IMG/VR virus record: IMGVR_UViG_3300047272_000250
Location: 32,001 to 96,000 of that record
DNA length: 64,000 nt
Reading direction: 5' to 3' (one strand)
Source: a virus
Lineage: Duplodnaviria; Caudoviricetes
Made by a program: the position numbers and the translations under genes. Shown piece by piece: positions 1-10,709 of this stretch (its first letter is position 1; each line of letters starts with the position of its first letter). The notes beneath the pieces were generated by a model. That model saw only the letters and a list, made by a program, of their open reading frames with translations, was not told where the DNA came from and did no database searches.

Positions 1-3000
1 ACATTTACATTAATAACGTCATTAGTCTTACCATTTTTAACCACAGAGGACTTAGACTTAATAAAATCAGCTAACCCCTTAGCCTGATCATAGGACTGAA
101 TCCACTCTGAGTCTACCTCAAACTTTGCGTCATCTGATCTAGCCTTTGAAATAGAAATTTTATATTCTTTAGCGTCAAATTTCTTTAATGCATAACCAAT
201 TAGTTTAGGATATTGAGCTGTAGCAGTTCCTGGGAACGAGCTAGCTAATGATGTAGGAGATGTTGACTCATTGATCAAGGCTATCTTGGCTCTAAATGAA
301 TTAGATGACAAGATGGTAGCTCCATATCTAGTTACAGATGCACCTGCAGCAATTTTAACTGGGGTAGCTGGGAACTTCAAATAATCAAACTCCTCAACTC
401 TAATCTCTCTAATTACTGGATAGAACTCATAGTAGTCATATGTATTATCTTGGTTAGGCTTATTGACTGCTCCTAGATATCCCGCCGCAACTACCTCTGT
501 TGTAAATCCTCTAATTGAGTCTGCAAAGAATGCGCCATCCTGTAGAGAACCAGAATTATTTGCTCCCCAGGCACCAAACTTTGAGAAGAAGGCTGTGCTG
601 TCTCCAGCCACAAACACTCCTGCCTTTGTAGTTCTTGGTAGTGGGGTTGGATCTTCAACCTGACAGATTAGCTGTCCCATGATGTATAGATCTAGGCACA
701 TCTTTTTATTTCTTTCTATTCTTAGAACCTGAATATCATAATCTTGAACGGTCTGGAATGATACGCTATCTTTAAATATAGTATTCTCGCTATCTCTTTT
801 AAACTTAGCGTCCACTGCGTCTATAGATGCAATGTTAGTTCTTACTCCAGAAGTAAGCTTATAAATATTAATCGTCTTGTTTGCATTAGCCTTATTGTAA
901 GAATCAACTGTGGCACCTAGGCTAAACTCTAAGAAGTATCCGCTGTTATTTGATTCGTTGTAATCTATCACTATTCCGCCCAAACTGTCTGAGTCATTAT
1001 TAACCTCGTCAGGCTCTTTTATAACAATACGCATAGTTGTCTCAAATCTCTTGTAGTTATCTTTTTTCAGAGTAACTAGTCCAAGCTGCATATTTTTTCT
1101 GCGCTCTGCGGCTTTGGTTTCCTTGAGTGTGCTCTTACCAGTTGTATTGTCTGTTGATAAGCGAAGTGCTGTATTCTCTATGCTAAACGTAGGATTATTT
1201 ACAAAGGTGGAGGAAGCTGTTCCAACTTTAGCAGTTCTAATAGACCATGCCCCGTTATCTGGGCTAGCTGCAGAGTGTGCTTTTTCTGTTGTACCAAACT
1301 GACCACGCTTAATTCCAGTAAGCTTTCCTGTATGATTAATAAATGCTATGCCAGGATCTGAGGCAATAAGCGACTGATACTCTTCCTTGCTCTGAATCTT
1401 TTTCTCTTCCTGACCACGGCCATCGTTATATTGAACTAAAAACTTTGTGCCATCGTAGTAAATAATTTCGCCGTTTATATAAAGGTAACCCTTATGAGAA
1501 GAAATTCCATCAGCAATGATAAGCTTAGGCTCTGAGTTCTTTTGAATTACCTGTTGAGTAGATGGAATCTTTATCTGTATATCAGCTGTTCCCATAGGAA
1601 TCGCATAGGCTAATCTTGTTGCTCCAAGGGTCCACTCTGTGGATGGTTCCCAAATAGTTGTAGCGTAGCTGGCCCCTCTAAATCCTCTAACCGTATTTTT
1701 ATTTGTTGAAGACTGCGCTTCATTGTATGTTGTTAAAACATCGTCTTGAACCTCATAGCCTCTAGCAGCATACTTTACTACCAGATTACCAATTCTTGGC
1801 TTTGCACTTTGCTCAAAGTTTATGATGTTAGGAAGAGTAGAGCCATTTGTATTGTAGGTTAGTACCTGCTCTGTTGTCTGTGCGTCAAGCACGTTACCCT
1901 TTGCCTTAAAAACTGGTCTTCCAACTTCATCAAAGAATACTGCTGACTGGTAAGAAATACAAAGCTGTTGCAGAGTATCCCAGAATGTTTGTTCATTGCT
2001 CATCCAGAAAGTTCCTACTGTTTCATTTAGGCTATTCTCAACATTGATGATAGCCTCATTAAGACCTACTGCATCAAATACTGTTCTAATTGCCTTCCCG
2101 ATTGTATACTTTGGCCCAATAACCATATCAGGGGCAGTTGTCTGCTGAAGAATCTTTGCCATGTCGTAGCACTCAATCGAAGCAGTTGTGTTTGGGCTTA
2201 TAGTCCAGGCATCCATAAATCCAGTAAATTGAGGAATAACGTCTGAGCCAATGATCGAGTAAATCTTAACACCAACACGCTTATCTAATATTCCATAGTA
2301 CTTTGCAGATTCTTTTTCATAGCTAAAGTCATTAAGTGTATTATCAAATACTACCGAAGCAGAGTTAGAGCTTATCTGTCCTACTGGCAGAACCCCGCCA
2401 TCTTCAAACAGATTCTTTTGTATGCTCCAAGAAACAACGTCTGCTGATACATCTGCCTCTAATCTAGGAGACATTTCAATAATTTCAACTGGGTAGTATC
2501 CAACATTAACTGTCTCTACTAGAACCTTGATTCCAGAAATTGTATCTACATTTGTAGATATAGACGGAGATGTATGCTTTGTTGTCGTCCAGGTAGTGCC
2601 GTTATAGTAAATTATTAATCCGCCTGTAGTCAGGCCGTTAGTATTGTCATAGGCAAATAGCTGGGTCCAGGTATTATTCTTAAATCCATAAACCTTAAAC
2701 TTTTTAGGAGTTGAGTGTGCTGTTTCAAACTTTACAACAATCTTATTAGTCTTAAATGATCTATCATACTTTGCATAGATAGACTTGTTAACAGATGTAG
2801 AAGACTGTCCCTTTCTGAGGAATGCCCAATACTTATATCCATCATCTTTTGATACAAAGTAGTTTCTTATAGGGTTTGTGTATGATGTTGTTACAGCAGA
2901 TATTGCCCCATAGATTCCCTTTAGGATCCCGCCAACATATGTTCCATTATGGACAGCATACTCACCAGGTCTAATAAAATTAACTACTGAGGTTAGAGGG

Positions 3001-3215
3001 TAAACCTCTTCCTTATATCTATCATAATTAGTTGAAGTTTCAATTACTTTTAGGTCGCCAGTTTCTTCATCATAAGAGTAAAGGGCAGAGTCATCAATAC
3101 CCATTTCAGTAATTCCAGCATGGATATTATAATTCCACTCAAGCATAACCTTTTGTGAGGTTTCTAGATTATGCTGGGTGTCTATAGCCGTTTTAGCATT
3201 TGGAAAGTTTAACAT
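1..3215 (-). CDS. Large minor tail / baseplate-hub-type protein (3' end outside window)
   Basis: Not in the ORF track because it is truncated. ATG at 3215 overlaps the upstream stop (TAATG) and reads MLNFPNAKTAIDTQHNLETSQKVMLEWNYN. Position is two genes after the tape measure. Confidence 0.75.
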   Translation of the reverse strand, partial: MLNFPNAKTAIDTQHNLETSQKVMLEWNYNIHAGITEMGIDDSALYSYDEETGDLKVIETSTNYDRYKEEVYPLTSVVNFIRPGEYAVHNGTYVGGILKGIYGAISAVTTSYTNPIRNYFVSKDDGYKYWAFLRKGQSSTSVNKSIYAKYDRSFKTNKIVVKFETAHSTPKKFKVYGFKNNTWTQLFAYDNTNGLTTGGLIIYYNGTTWTTTKHTSPSISTNVDTISGIKVLVETVNVGYYPVEIIEMSPRLEADVSADVVSWSIQKNLFEDGGVLPVGQISSNSASVVFDNTLNDFSYEKESAKYYGILDKRVGVKIYSIIGSDVIPQFTGFMDAWTISPNTTASIECYDMAKILQQTTAPDMVIGPKYTIGKAIRTVFDAVGLNEAIINVENSLNETVGTFWMSNEQTFWDTLQQLCISYQSAVFFDEVGRPVFKAKGNVLDAQTTEQVLTYNTNGSTLPNIINFEQSAKPRIGNLVVKYAARGYEVQDDVLTTYNEAQSSTNKNTVRGFRGASYATTIWEPSTEWTLGATRLAYAIPMGTADIQIKIPSTQQVIQKNSEPKLIIADGISSHKGYLYINGEIIYYDGTKFLVQYNDGRGQEEKKIQSKEEYQSLIASDPGIAFINHTGKLTGIKRGQFGTTEKAHSAASPDNGAWSIRTAKVGTASSTFVNNPTFSIENTALRLSTDNTTGKSTLKETKAAERRKNMQLGLVTLKKDNYKRFETTMRIVIKEPDEVNNDSDSLGGIVIDYNESNNSGYFLEFSLGATVDSYNKANANKTINIYKLTSGVRTNIASIDAVDAKFKRDSENTIFKDSVSFQTVQDYDIQVLRIERNKKMCLDLYIMGQLICQVEDPTPLPRTTKAGVFVAGDSTAFFSKFGAWGANNSGSLQDGAFFADSIRGFTTEVVAAGYLGAVNKPNQDNTYDYYEFYPVIREIRVEEFDYLKFPATPVKIAAGASVTRYGATILSSNSFRAKIALINESTSPTSLASSFPGTATAQYPKLIGYALKKFDAKEYKISISKARSDDAKFEVDSEWIQSYDQAKGLADFIKSKSSVVKNGKTNDVINVN

Positions 3216-3670
3216 TAAACCTCCTCTAGCGTTATTTGAATATTCATCCTCATGTATGGCGTAGTCGCTGATGGATTACGCTTAACTATATCAAATGAGC
3301 ATGATGAAAAATTAACTAAAAACTCCTGGTATGTGTTAGCGCCTGTGGTGCTAAATTTCTGCACAATCTTAATATAGAATGGCTGAGTATTATTCTTATA
3401 GAATTCGTATATCTGACTTGCAGCCCAGCCGCCATCGACTGTATATTGAGACATATTTGGAACATCTTTCCAAGACATATCAAATCTATGCTTCTGAGCT
3501 ATAACATTTTTTCTCATTGTTCCGTTAGCGGTTCTTTGGCTATTAGATATTTCTTCCATGTTTACGCCAAGCTCTGATCTGTTATGATCAGTTAGCTTTG
3601 TATACTCTGTAGCCCCCACCCCCTTAACATATATCAAGGAATCCTTTAAACCATTAACTAGCCATGTCAT
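3215..3670 (-). CDS. Distal tail (Dit-like) protein
   Basis: 151 aa directly after the TMP; SQRTANGTMRKNVIAQKHRFDMSW is typical of siphophage distal-tail proteins. Confidence 0.6.
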   Translation of the reverse strand: MTWLVNGLKDSLIYVKGVGATEYTKLTDHNRSELGVNMEEISNSQRTANGTMRKNVIAQKHRFDMSWKDVPNMSQYTVDGGWAASQIYEFYKNNTQPFYIKIVQKFSTTGANTYQEFLVNFSSCSFDIVKRNPSATTPYMRMNIQITLEEV

Positions 3671-6600
3671 ACGCTCATATACCTCATATCTGTAGTTCTC
3701 TTAACTGCCGCTCCAAGATCCTTCTTAATTTTAGCAATGATTTCATCCGAACTACATCCTGGCTCTGTAATATTAATGTTACCAATAGATACTGTTACTC
3801 CACCATTCTGTCTTGCTCCTGCATCCTGAACATTTTCAAATACTCTTGGGTCTACTTGTCTTCTATTAAGTCTTTCCATGTTAGCAACACCATAGTAGTT
3901 AACAGCTCTTGCATTATGCATGAATTCACCCTTAGAAGCTCTAATTAGATTAGAGTCTGAAACGGAAGTTCCAACACCTTCCATAAGTCCTCCCATATGG
4001 TATCCCTTAATTGATCCGCCCATCCACTTTCCTTCTGACTTCTGTCTAATAAGGTCATCTTTGGCTAGGTCGTATCTGTATACGTAGTCGCCGAACTCTA
4101 CATACTCGTCAGCCATAAGCGCAGCCCCTTTTCGGGTTGCGTTTGCAATAGCCTTATCCTTTTCCTCAGCAGTAAGTACTCCAGTAACCTTGCCAGAAAG
4201 TAATCCTGCACCAGATCTTGGATTTGCTCTAGTTCCAGTATCTCCGCTCATTCCAGATTCAGCTAGAGCTAAAAGACCCTTAAGTTTTTCAAACTCGCCC
4301 TTCATCTTTGCAACAGCATCTGCAAATGCGTCTGGGCTTAGCATTCCCTTAAACTTTGCTTCAAACTGCTTAAACTGTGGGCTATCATTAAAGTCTCCTA
4401 GAACAGCACCAACTTCTCCAGACTTAGAGAATCCGCTCTTAAGGCTTTCGATAAACTTAACAATATCCGCCTGCATCTTTTCAATCTTTGCCCCAGTGTT
4501 ATTAACTGCAGCTGGAGCATTGTCCAATGCCTTAATCTGATCCTGCAGAGCCTTCTTCTTGTTGTCTCTTGCAATTTCTTTTTCTGCCTGAGCTTTATCC
4601 TGAATATACTGCACTGACTGAGCTTGCATATCAATCTGTGCTCTAAGTGCTGCTTCAAGATCTCCTGAGCTAATAGCAGTTAGGTAGTCTACTGCTAGGC
4701 TTCTACGTTTTTCCTCATACTTAAGCTGAAGCTCCTTAAGTCTGTTAATATTCTTTTCTTTGCGCTCAATTTCTTCAAGTGCATCGATCTGTGCCTGTAG
4801 AGCTTTCTTCTTAGCATCATTATTAGGAGTAGAGCCCCCAGAGAACTGTGCTTGTAGTGCTGCTTTAAGATCAGCATCAGCCTTCTTAATAGCTTCATCT
4901 GCCATGTACATATCAAATGTTGCACGAATCTTCATACCATCAAAATCTTTTACGGCTTCAAGGCTAGGTATTACTCCTTCTATTCTCATCTTTAGGGCAA
5001 GCATTATGTCAGATGACTCTACGCCATTTCTTTGCAACCCGTCAAGAACAGTATTCTCTACTCTTGATAGACCCTTAATTGATTCTTGAACTCCATCTAA
5101 AGCATCTTTAGTAATAGTTCCAGACTTTCCAGCAGAAGCCATAGCATCAGAGAATGCTTTAAGGTCTTGATTTGCAAGAGCGTTGTTTAGGATATCAACC
5201 GCTTGCGCTGTCTGAACTGTTGTTCCATAAATTAAATTATTATCAGCAATCTCTTTTTGCTTTGTATCTAGAGACGCATAAGCAGTCTGCAACTCTCTGA
5301 CATATTTTATCTGCTCTTGTGTATACTTAAAGCTCTTTAACTGCTCATCGGTATATCCAGCCAAACCTCTAGCAAAGTTTTCAGTCATACCGAATCCTTC
5401 TGCTCTTGAGGCTACCTTGTCATACTGAGTTCCTGATAATGTTCCAGCAGAAGCTCTTCTCAAAGATGTCGCAGTTGCCTCTGATGCAGTCTGTGTCTTA
5501 TACTTATTAAGAGATAAGTTTAGATCAGGAGCAAATTCTTCTTTACCAGCAGCCTTAAGGATAGCAGCCATCATGACTCTAGCAGTTTCTTCTGGTACTC
5601 CCGCTGCAAGGTAAGATAAGTACTGGCTTTCAAATTCTTTTCTGATTACACTAAAGTTATCTGCGCCCTTTGTTTTCTCTCTTAGCTTTCCAGTAGTTGT
5701 ATTAGTAGAAGCTTCTAGAGCAGCTTTTGAAAGGATGTCTAGTGCGGAAGCTGCTTCTGCAGACTTGCCAGTAACTTGAGTTAACTGAATGTCTCCAATT
5801 GTTTTTATATTTACGCCTGCAGCTTTTGCATATTCTTTATCAATTTCATATTGCTTAGCAGTCAGCTCTGCAATATCTCTCAATCTATCAAATGCTTTCC
5901 ATAATGCAGTAGCAGCAGGAACAAGAGCTCCGAGTGCTGCACCAATTGCTGCTCCGCCTGGACCAAACATCATTCCCATTGAAGCGCCCATCATTGCACC
6001 ACCAGCAATATTTCCAGCAGTGTTAACTGCACCATTTCCGCCAGTAGGCATCATAGAAGCGCCTAGTCCTAATCCCATCATAGCCATGGATGATCCCATT
6101 CCTGGTTTCATTAATCCCTTAATACCTTGCTTAGAAAACATTCCCTTAACCCTAGAGAATCTACCACCAGCTGCAGCTTTAGCGCCGCCCGATGCTCCAT
6201 TGTCTGCACTCATAACTGCTGACGCATTGTGAGCTGCTGTATAAGCTTCTTGAATCTCTCTCTGAGTTTCAAGCTCTAGCTTCTCTTTAGCAATTTGAAG
6301 TTTTCCTATTGCTGCACGAACTTTTGGATTCTTAGCAGCATCATCTGCAGCTAACATATTTCCAGCAGCGTCAAAGACTTGAGCTATCCCATCAACAAAC
6401 TTAATTGTGACAACGCCAAGGCGCTTTGTTTTTGTATCTACAGTAGCAGAAAGTCCAGAGACCTGTGATTTAAAGTTTGCTTCTGCCTTTTGAATAGTGC
6501 TCTGTAGCTGTGTTAATGCAATTCCAGATAGATTGGCTAGGTTAAGAGCCATCTTGTTTACATTTCCGCTTTCTGTAAGAAGCCACTTAGACATTTCTGA

Positions 6601-9171
6601 ATCTGCTGTTATTAGTCCAACTTCAAGCTCTTCAAATTTTCCTAGCAAGGCCTTACTTCTAGACTGTAGATCGCTACCACTATTGTAGGCAGCTCTTCCG
6701 ATATCAGAATATGATTGAGCAACATCGTCAAATGAGATACCCTGAGCAGCAGCACTTCTCTTAATGGCTAGGACTGCCTCTTCTGCATTTCCAGAAGACA
6801 TTGCCTTTAATACTTCTTCTCTCAAAGCATTTGCTTTATCCTTGCTTAGCCCCTGGAAAGTTTTCCATGATGCTAGCTGCTGAGATTGAGTTTCTAGGTA
6901 TGTATCCAAGCTTGGCATCAATGCTTCTAATTCATTAGCGTTTAGCTGATTGAACTCAGGCATCTTTTTAGCTTTTTCTGCATAAGGTCTCATAGCAGCA
7001 GCTCTGTCTTCACCATTTACAATTAATCCTGGCATGTTTGTAGACATCTGCTCTTGGAAGGTTGCTCCTTGTGCATACTCTCTTGTTTGTGGCAGGTAAG
7101 CTCCTTGAGTCATAAGGAGGCTAGCTACTGATTTGCCGTACTTATCTCTTAATTCTTTTGACAACTGAAGGTGGCTAAAGTTAGCAGCTGTAGTAATATC
7201 ACCAGATCTTGTTGATCCTCGTGTATTAAAATTCATTCCAGATGAGCCCATTGCTGCACCTGTTGATGAAGTTTCTTGTACTGCCATCAGGTTTTGCATT
7301 GAGGCAATAAGCTTATCAATTTCCATTCTTGCAACTTCTGTTGCTTTGGCTTGATCATAGAAGCTATTAGACATTTGGTCTGTAGATAGCTTGTTAGCCA
7401 TGATTCTTTCGTTTAGTAGTTCAAAGCCCTTTGTTCCTGTGAATAGTCTTCCCATAAAGCCAGCAGCCTTTGTAAGGTAACCAAAGAAGTTGAGGAATAC
7501 ACCAGATAACATGATAAGTGGACCTGCAAGTCCTACTACTACTCCAAGGATAGTCATAATGTTCTTTACGCCATCTGGAAGTTTATTAAATCCATCAAGA
7601 AGCTTGTTAAGTACTCCTAATACTCCAGAGAAGATTCCTAGGAAGCCTTCTCCAACTCCTGCCATGTTTGCCTTAAATGATTCTAGTTGTCTTTGGAACT
7701 TACCAGAAGCAGACTCTGTGAGTGTTGCTAATTCTCGATTAGCTACATTTGCAAGCTCTACTGTTGAGGCTTTCATGAGATCCATAACCTGAAGAGTCTG
7801 GCTACCGCTTGCTCCAAGGTTATCGAATAGTGCTGACATACGAGCAAACTGGAACTTACCGAATAGCTGCTCAATTGCCTTAGACTTTGAAAGTGGGTCT
7901 AGCTTTGATAAAGCAACCTGCAATGCCTGTACTGTTCCAACAAGGTCTCCAGCATTTGAGTTAACAATGCTTTGAATATTAATTCCAAATCCATTAAGAA
8001 CTTCGGTTGTTTGCTTTGTAGGATTAATAATAGATGCCAGACCTGACTTGAGTGCGTTAGCACCTTCTGAAGCATTAATTCCACCTTCCTTCATTGCTGT
8101 AAGGAATAGTGCAAGATCTTTTACATCTCCGCCCAAAGACTTTACAACTGGACCAGCTTTTGGAATTGCTGTAACCAAATCGTCCAAGCTTGTTGATGTT
8201 TGGTTTTCAACTGCGTTAAGGAAGTTAATTGATTCGCCAAGTTCTTGCGTAGAAAGATTAAATGCATTCTGCAATGATAGTGTTGCTGACATAGCGTCTT
8301 GTCTATCTACTTCACCAAGAATAGCAAGTCTCGTAGTTTCTGCAACCGACTTCAGTAAGTCGTCTCCCATTTTTCCAGTTGCGGCAATGTCTGCAGCTAA
8401 ACCAATTGTGTCTTGGATTGGCGCACCAAGATCTGCAGCTAGGCTCTTTGCTAAAGCAGTTGTCTGTGTTCTAATTGCAGCAATCTCACCAGTGGTTGCT
8501 CCACCGACATCTCCATAAACCTTTGCAAGTCTTGTGAGTTGCTTATCTACTTCTTTAAATGCTGTTGCAGCTGAAGCCGCAAACATTGTCAGTGGTACTG
8601 TCAGACCAACTGTAAGCTGACGACCAGCCCACTGGGTATTCTTACCAAGATTAATAAGCTCAGTAGATACTCCCTGAATAGACTTTCCAATAATTTTAAA
8701 TGTTTCGGCTTTAAGAGCCTTCATTGTTGCAGGGTCTAATCCGTCTAGTCCTGTGGGAGTAGATATAACATTTCTTGCTTGACCCTGTGGGCCTACTGTT
8801 GTTGTGAGAACTGATCTCTGTAATCTAACCTGCTCTTCAGCAAGCTTTCTGATCATGCCTCTCTGGCCTTTAACCTGAGTATTAAATTCTCTAAAGTAAT
8901 CCTTTAGCTTTAATCTACCTTGGTCTAGGTGCTTTCCAAATTCTCTTGTCTCGTTTGTTACGTCTACAAAAGTAGAAGACCACATGCGGCTATTCTTCAT
9001 ACCCTCAATAAATTGTTTATTGAGTAAGTCTAATGAACCAAATGATGAGGATCCAAGTCCTTGCAACTGATTTTGTAGTACGCCAATTTCTGCATTAGCC
9101 CTTTTAATTTCACCGATTAGATCGGAGAAATTGGCATTAGCATTGAAACTAATTACTACTTGTTGCGCCAT
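3667..9171 (-). CDS. Tail tape measure protein
   Basis: 1834 aa, helical and Ala-rich; TP901-like core (LTVGLTVPL...GANALKSGL); TM-like Gly-rich segments; C-terminal GG..G.GT..SD...KGEF motif; follows the chaperones. Confidence 0.95.
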   Translation of the reverse strand: MAQQVVISFNANANFSDLIGEIKRANAEIGVLQNQLQGLGSSSFGSLDLLNKQFIEGMKNSRMWSSTFVDVTNETREFGKHLDQGRLKLKDYFREFNTQVKGQRGMIRKLAEEQVRLQRSVLTTTVGPQGQARNVISTPTGLDGLDPATMKALKAETFKIIGKSIQGVSTELINLGKNTQWAGRQLTVGLTVPLTMFAASAATAFKEVDKQLTRLAKVYGDVGGATTGEIAAIRTQTTALAKSLAADLGAPIQDTIGLAADIAATGKMGDDLLKSVAETTRLAILGEVDRQDAMSATLSLQNAFNLSTQELGESINFLNAVENQTSTSLDDLVTAIPKAGPVVKSLGGDVKDLALFLTAMKEGGINASEGANALKSGLASIINPTKQTTEVLNGFGINIQSIVNSNAGDLVGTVQALQVALSKLDPLSKSKAIEQLFGKFQFARMSALFDNLGASGSQTLQVMDLMKASTVELANVANRELATLTESASGKFQRQLESFKANMAGVGEGFLGIFSGVLGVLNKLLDGFNKLPDGVKNIMTILGVVVGLAGPLIMLSGVFLNFFGYLTKAAGFMGRLFTGTKGFELLNERIMANKLSTDQMSNSFYDQAKATEVARMEIDKLIASMQNLMAVQETSSTGAAMGSSGMNFNTRGSTRSGDITTAANFSHLQLSKELRDKYGKSVASLLMTQGAYLPQTREYAQGATFQEQMSTNMPGLIVNGEDRAAAMRPYAEKAKKMPEFNQLNANELEALMPSLDTYLETQSQQLASWKTFQGLSKDKANALREEVLKAMSSGNAEEAVLAIKRSAAAQGISFDDVAQSYSDIGRAAYNSGSDLQSRSKALLGKFEELEVGLITADSEMSKWLLTESGNVNKMALNLANLSGIALTQLQSTIQKAEANFKSQVSGLSATVDTKTKRLGVVTIKFVDGIAQVFDAAGNMLAADDAAKNPKVRAAIGKLQIAKEKLELETQREIQEAYTAAHNASAVMSADNGASGGAKAAAGGRFSRVKGMFSKQGIKGLMKPGMGSSMAMMGLGLGASMMPTGGNGAVNTAGNIAGGAMMGASMGMMFGPGGAAIGAALGALVPAATALWKAFDRLRDIAELTAKQYEIDKEYAKAAGVNIKTIGDIQLTQVTGKSAEAASALDILSKAALEASTNTTTGKLREKTKGADNFSVIRKEFESQYLSYLAAGVPEETARVMMAAILKAAGKEEFAPDLNLSLNKYKTQTASEATATSLRRASAGTLSGTQYDKVASRAEGFGMTENFARGLAGYTDEQLKSFKYTQEQIKYVRELQTAYASLDTKQKEIADNNLIYGTTVQTAQAVDILNNALANQDLKAFSDAMASAGKSGTITKDALDGVQESIKGLSRVENTVLDGLQRNGVESSDIMLALKMRIEGVIPSLEAVKDFDGMKIRATFDMYMADEAIKKADADLKAALQAQFSGGSTPNNDAKKKALQAQIDALEEIERKEKNINRLKELQLKYEEKRRSLAVDYLTAISSGDLEAALRAQIDMQAQSVQYIQDKAQAEKEIARDNKKKALQDQIKALDNAPAAVNNTGAKIEKMQADIVKFIESLKSGFSKSGEVGAVLGDFNDSPQFKQFEAKFKGMLSPDAFADAVAKMKGEFEKLKGLLALAESGMSGDTGTRANPRSGAGLLSGKVTGVLTAEEKDKAIANATRKGAALMADEYVEFGDYVYRYDLAKDDLIRQKSEGKWMGGSIKGYHMGGLMEGVGTSVSDSNLIRASKGEFMHNARAVNYYGVANMERLNRRQVDPRVFENVQDAGARQNGGVTVSIGNINITEPGCSSDEIIAKIKKDLGAAVKRTTDMRYMSV

Positions 9172-9174
9172 GTG

Positions 9175-9591
9175 TTAATTATCCCAGATTTCGTATCCCA
9201 GACCCATTCCAATTCCAAATCCTTCTTCTCTCGCTAGAGAGCCTGAAAGGCTTGCTATGTCATTTGTCTCTGGATCGTCTCCTAGGGCTTCCCTTCTTAC
9301 ATCGTCAAACGATTTGGTTTCCCCACCGCTTTCGCCGTCAAGATCAACACCCTGCATAGCTGCGAGGAACTTCTTATCCTCGTAGTCACGCCTGTTCATC
9401 TCTTCAACAGTAGCAATGAGCTCCGTTAACGATATACTTTCTTCTAGCTCTTGGTAATTTTTCCAAATACCTAAAAGAAAAACTTTTGCTTCTAAGGCAG
9501 CAAGATCAAGATCTTCCCAAGTCTGTGAGGACTTAGTTTTATTGGCTAGTTCTCCCCAACCATCTTGCTCGCTGCCGCTATCAAATTTGGG
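9175..9591 (-). CDS. Tail assembly chaperone, -1 frameshift extension (gpT-like)
   Basis: The -1 frame is open from the slippery heptamer CCCAAAT (9585-9591) to the stop at 9175 and contains the track ORF 9175..9399. Confidence 0.8.
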   Translation of the reverse strand, partial: PKFDSGSEQDGWGELANKTKSSQTWEDLDLAALEAKVFLLGIWKNYQELEESISLTELIATVEEMNRRDYEDKKFLAAMQGVDLDGESGGETKSFDDVRREALGDDPETNDIASLSGSLAREEGFGIGMGLGYEIWDN

Positions 9592-9881
9592 TCACCAAGT
9601 TTGATTCCGCCGCAAACTTCCATAATTTTCCAAATTGTTGGAACATCAAGAGCACCTTCAAGTGCGTCTGGGTCTGAAGCTAAGTCTGGCAAAGTCCCTC
9701 TCAGGGCAATAGCGCTTGCTTTTAAAAATATATTAATTGCTTCGTCTTCGGTCTTAACGCTGTCTAGTCCTGCGACAACTTCCATAAATTCACGAAGTGC
9801 TTTAATTGGGAGCGGCTTTAAAACAGCCTTATTCCCGTTTTGTAGTTCAATTTCTACGATATCGTATAGCTTGGTAGCCAA
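9546..9881 (-). CDS. Tail assembly chaperone (gpG-like)
   Basis: Lies between the major tail protein and the TMP; AGGAGG RBS; slippery site near the 3' end. Confidence 0.85.
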   Translation of the reverse strand: MATKLYDIVEIELQNGNKAVLKPLPIKALREFMEVVAGLDSVKTEDEAINIFLKASAIALRGTLPDLASDPDALEGALDVPTIWKIMEVCGGIKLGDPNLIAAASKMVGEN

Positions 9882-9928
9882 TAGATGACCTCCTAAATAG
9901 TCCCTATTATTATACCAATAAACAGGTT

Positions 9929-9958
9929 AAAAAGACAAGGCCCCAGTTTCCTGGGGCC
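9929..9958 (-). terminator. Rho-independent terminator after major tail gene
   Basis: GGCCCCAG-GAAA-CTGGGGCC stem followed by TTGTCTTTTT on the minus strand. Confidence 0.8.
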
Positions 9959-9984
9959 AAGGCTTTAATTAATATAAAATTAAT

Positions 9985-10629
9985 TTAGTTCAGACGATCT
10001 ACGATCTTGCCGTATGCATCTGAGTATGATGGATCTCCCAAGAGACGGAATGTCACTGGGAAAAGTGTTGCTTCATTACGCTTCAATGAGTGTGATGATG
10101 ATTCTACTGAAAGCACACGACGTGCATAGTAGATACGCTCACGGTCATTGTTATTTGTTGAAGTTCTAGGAGCGTTACCGACTGCTACGAGAGCACGTTC
10201 AGTAGGCTCTTCGTTCAAAGCACCGATACCAAGAAGAATTGATTCCTCTGCTGTATCTGCGCCTGAATATTGAGACTCCTTAAGACCGAACACGATAAGA
10301 AGATTCTTAAGTGTTGCTTCGGTAAATGTTGTCTTGAGCATAACTCTCTGTGAAGACTTGAAGAGCTTTGCAACGTCGAGTTGCTGATCTACTTCTACCT
10401 CACCATAGGTTGGCTCATATGTAACTTCTAGACCATCAGATGTAAATCCTACGTTGTTCCACTTTGCGCTGTCAAGAGCCTTACCAGTTCCCTGGTTTAC
10501 TGCATCGTTAAAAGAACCTGTTGTTGTTACTGCGAATGGATCTGGAATTGTATAGCCAGCTACAGTAGAATCTGACTTTGTAAGAAAGATATTTGCTGCG
10601 CCAATAATAATATTACGGGTTGTTGCCAT
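9985..10629 (-). CDS. Major tail (tube) protein
   Basis: NIIIGAANIF...VGFTSDGLEVTYEP...EVDQ..D pattern; strong GGAGGAGGT RBS; position in module. Confidence 0.85.
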   Translation of the reverse strand: MATTRNIIIGAANIFLTKSDSTVAGYTIPDPFAVTTTGSFNDAVNQGTGKALDSAKWNNVGFTSDGLEVTYEPTYGEVEVDQQLDVAKLFKSSQRVMLKTTFTEATLKNLLIVFGLKESQYSGADTAEESILLGIGALNEEPTERALVAVGNAPRTSTNNNDRERIYYARRVLSVESSSHSLKRNEATLFPVTFRLLGDPSYSDAYGKIVDRLN

Positions 10630-10709
10630 TTTTTATTTTTCACCTCCTCCTTTCGGATACTAGGGTTTGCGACATTTCCTCAAGACCAATAATACTTGAT
10701 TCCTGGTTA

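Noticed and set aside
9546-9560. GGGGAGAA as the chaperone slippery site
   Set aside because: It is not X-XXY-YYZ in the reading frame; CCCAAAT upstream fits and coincides with the opening of the -1 frame.
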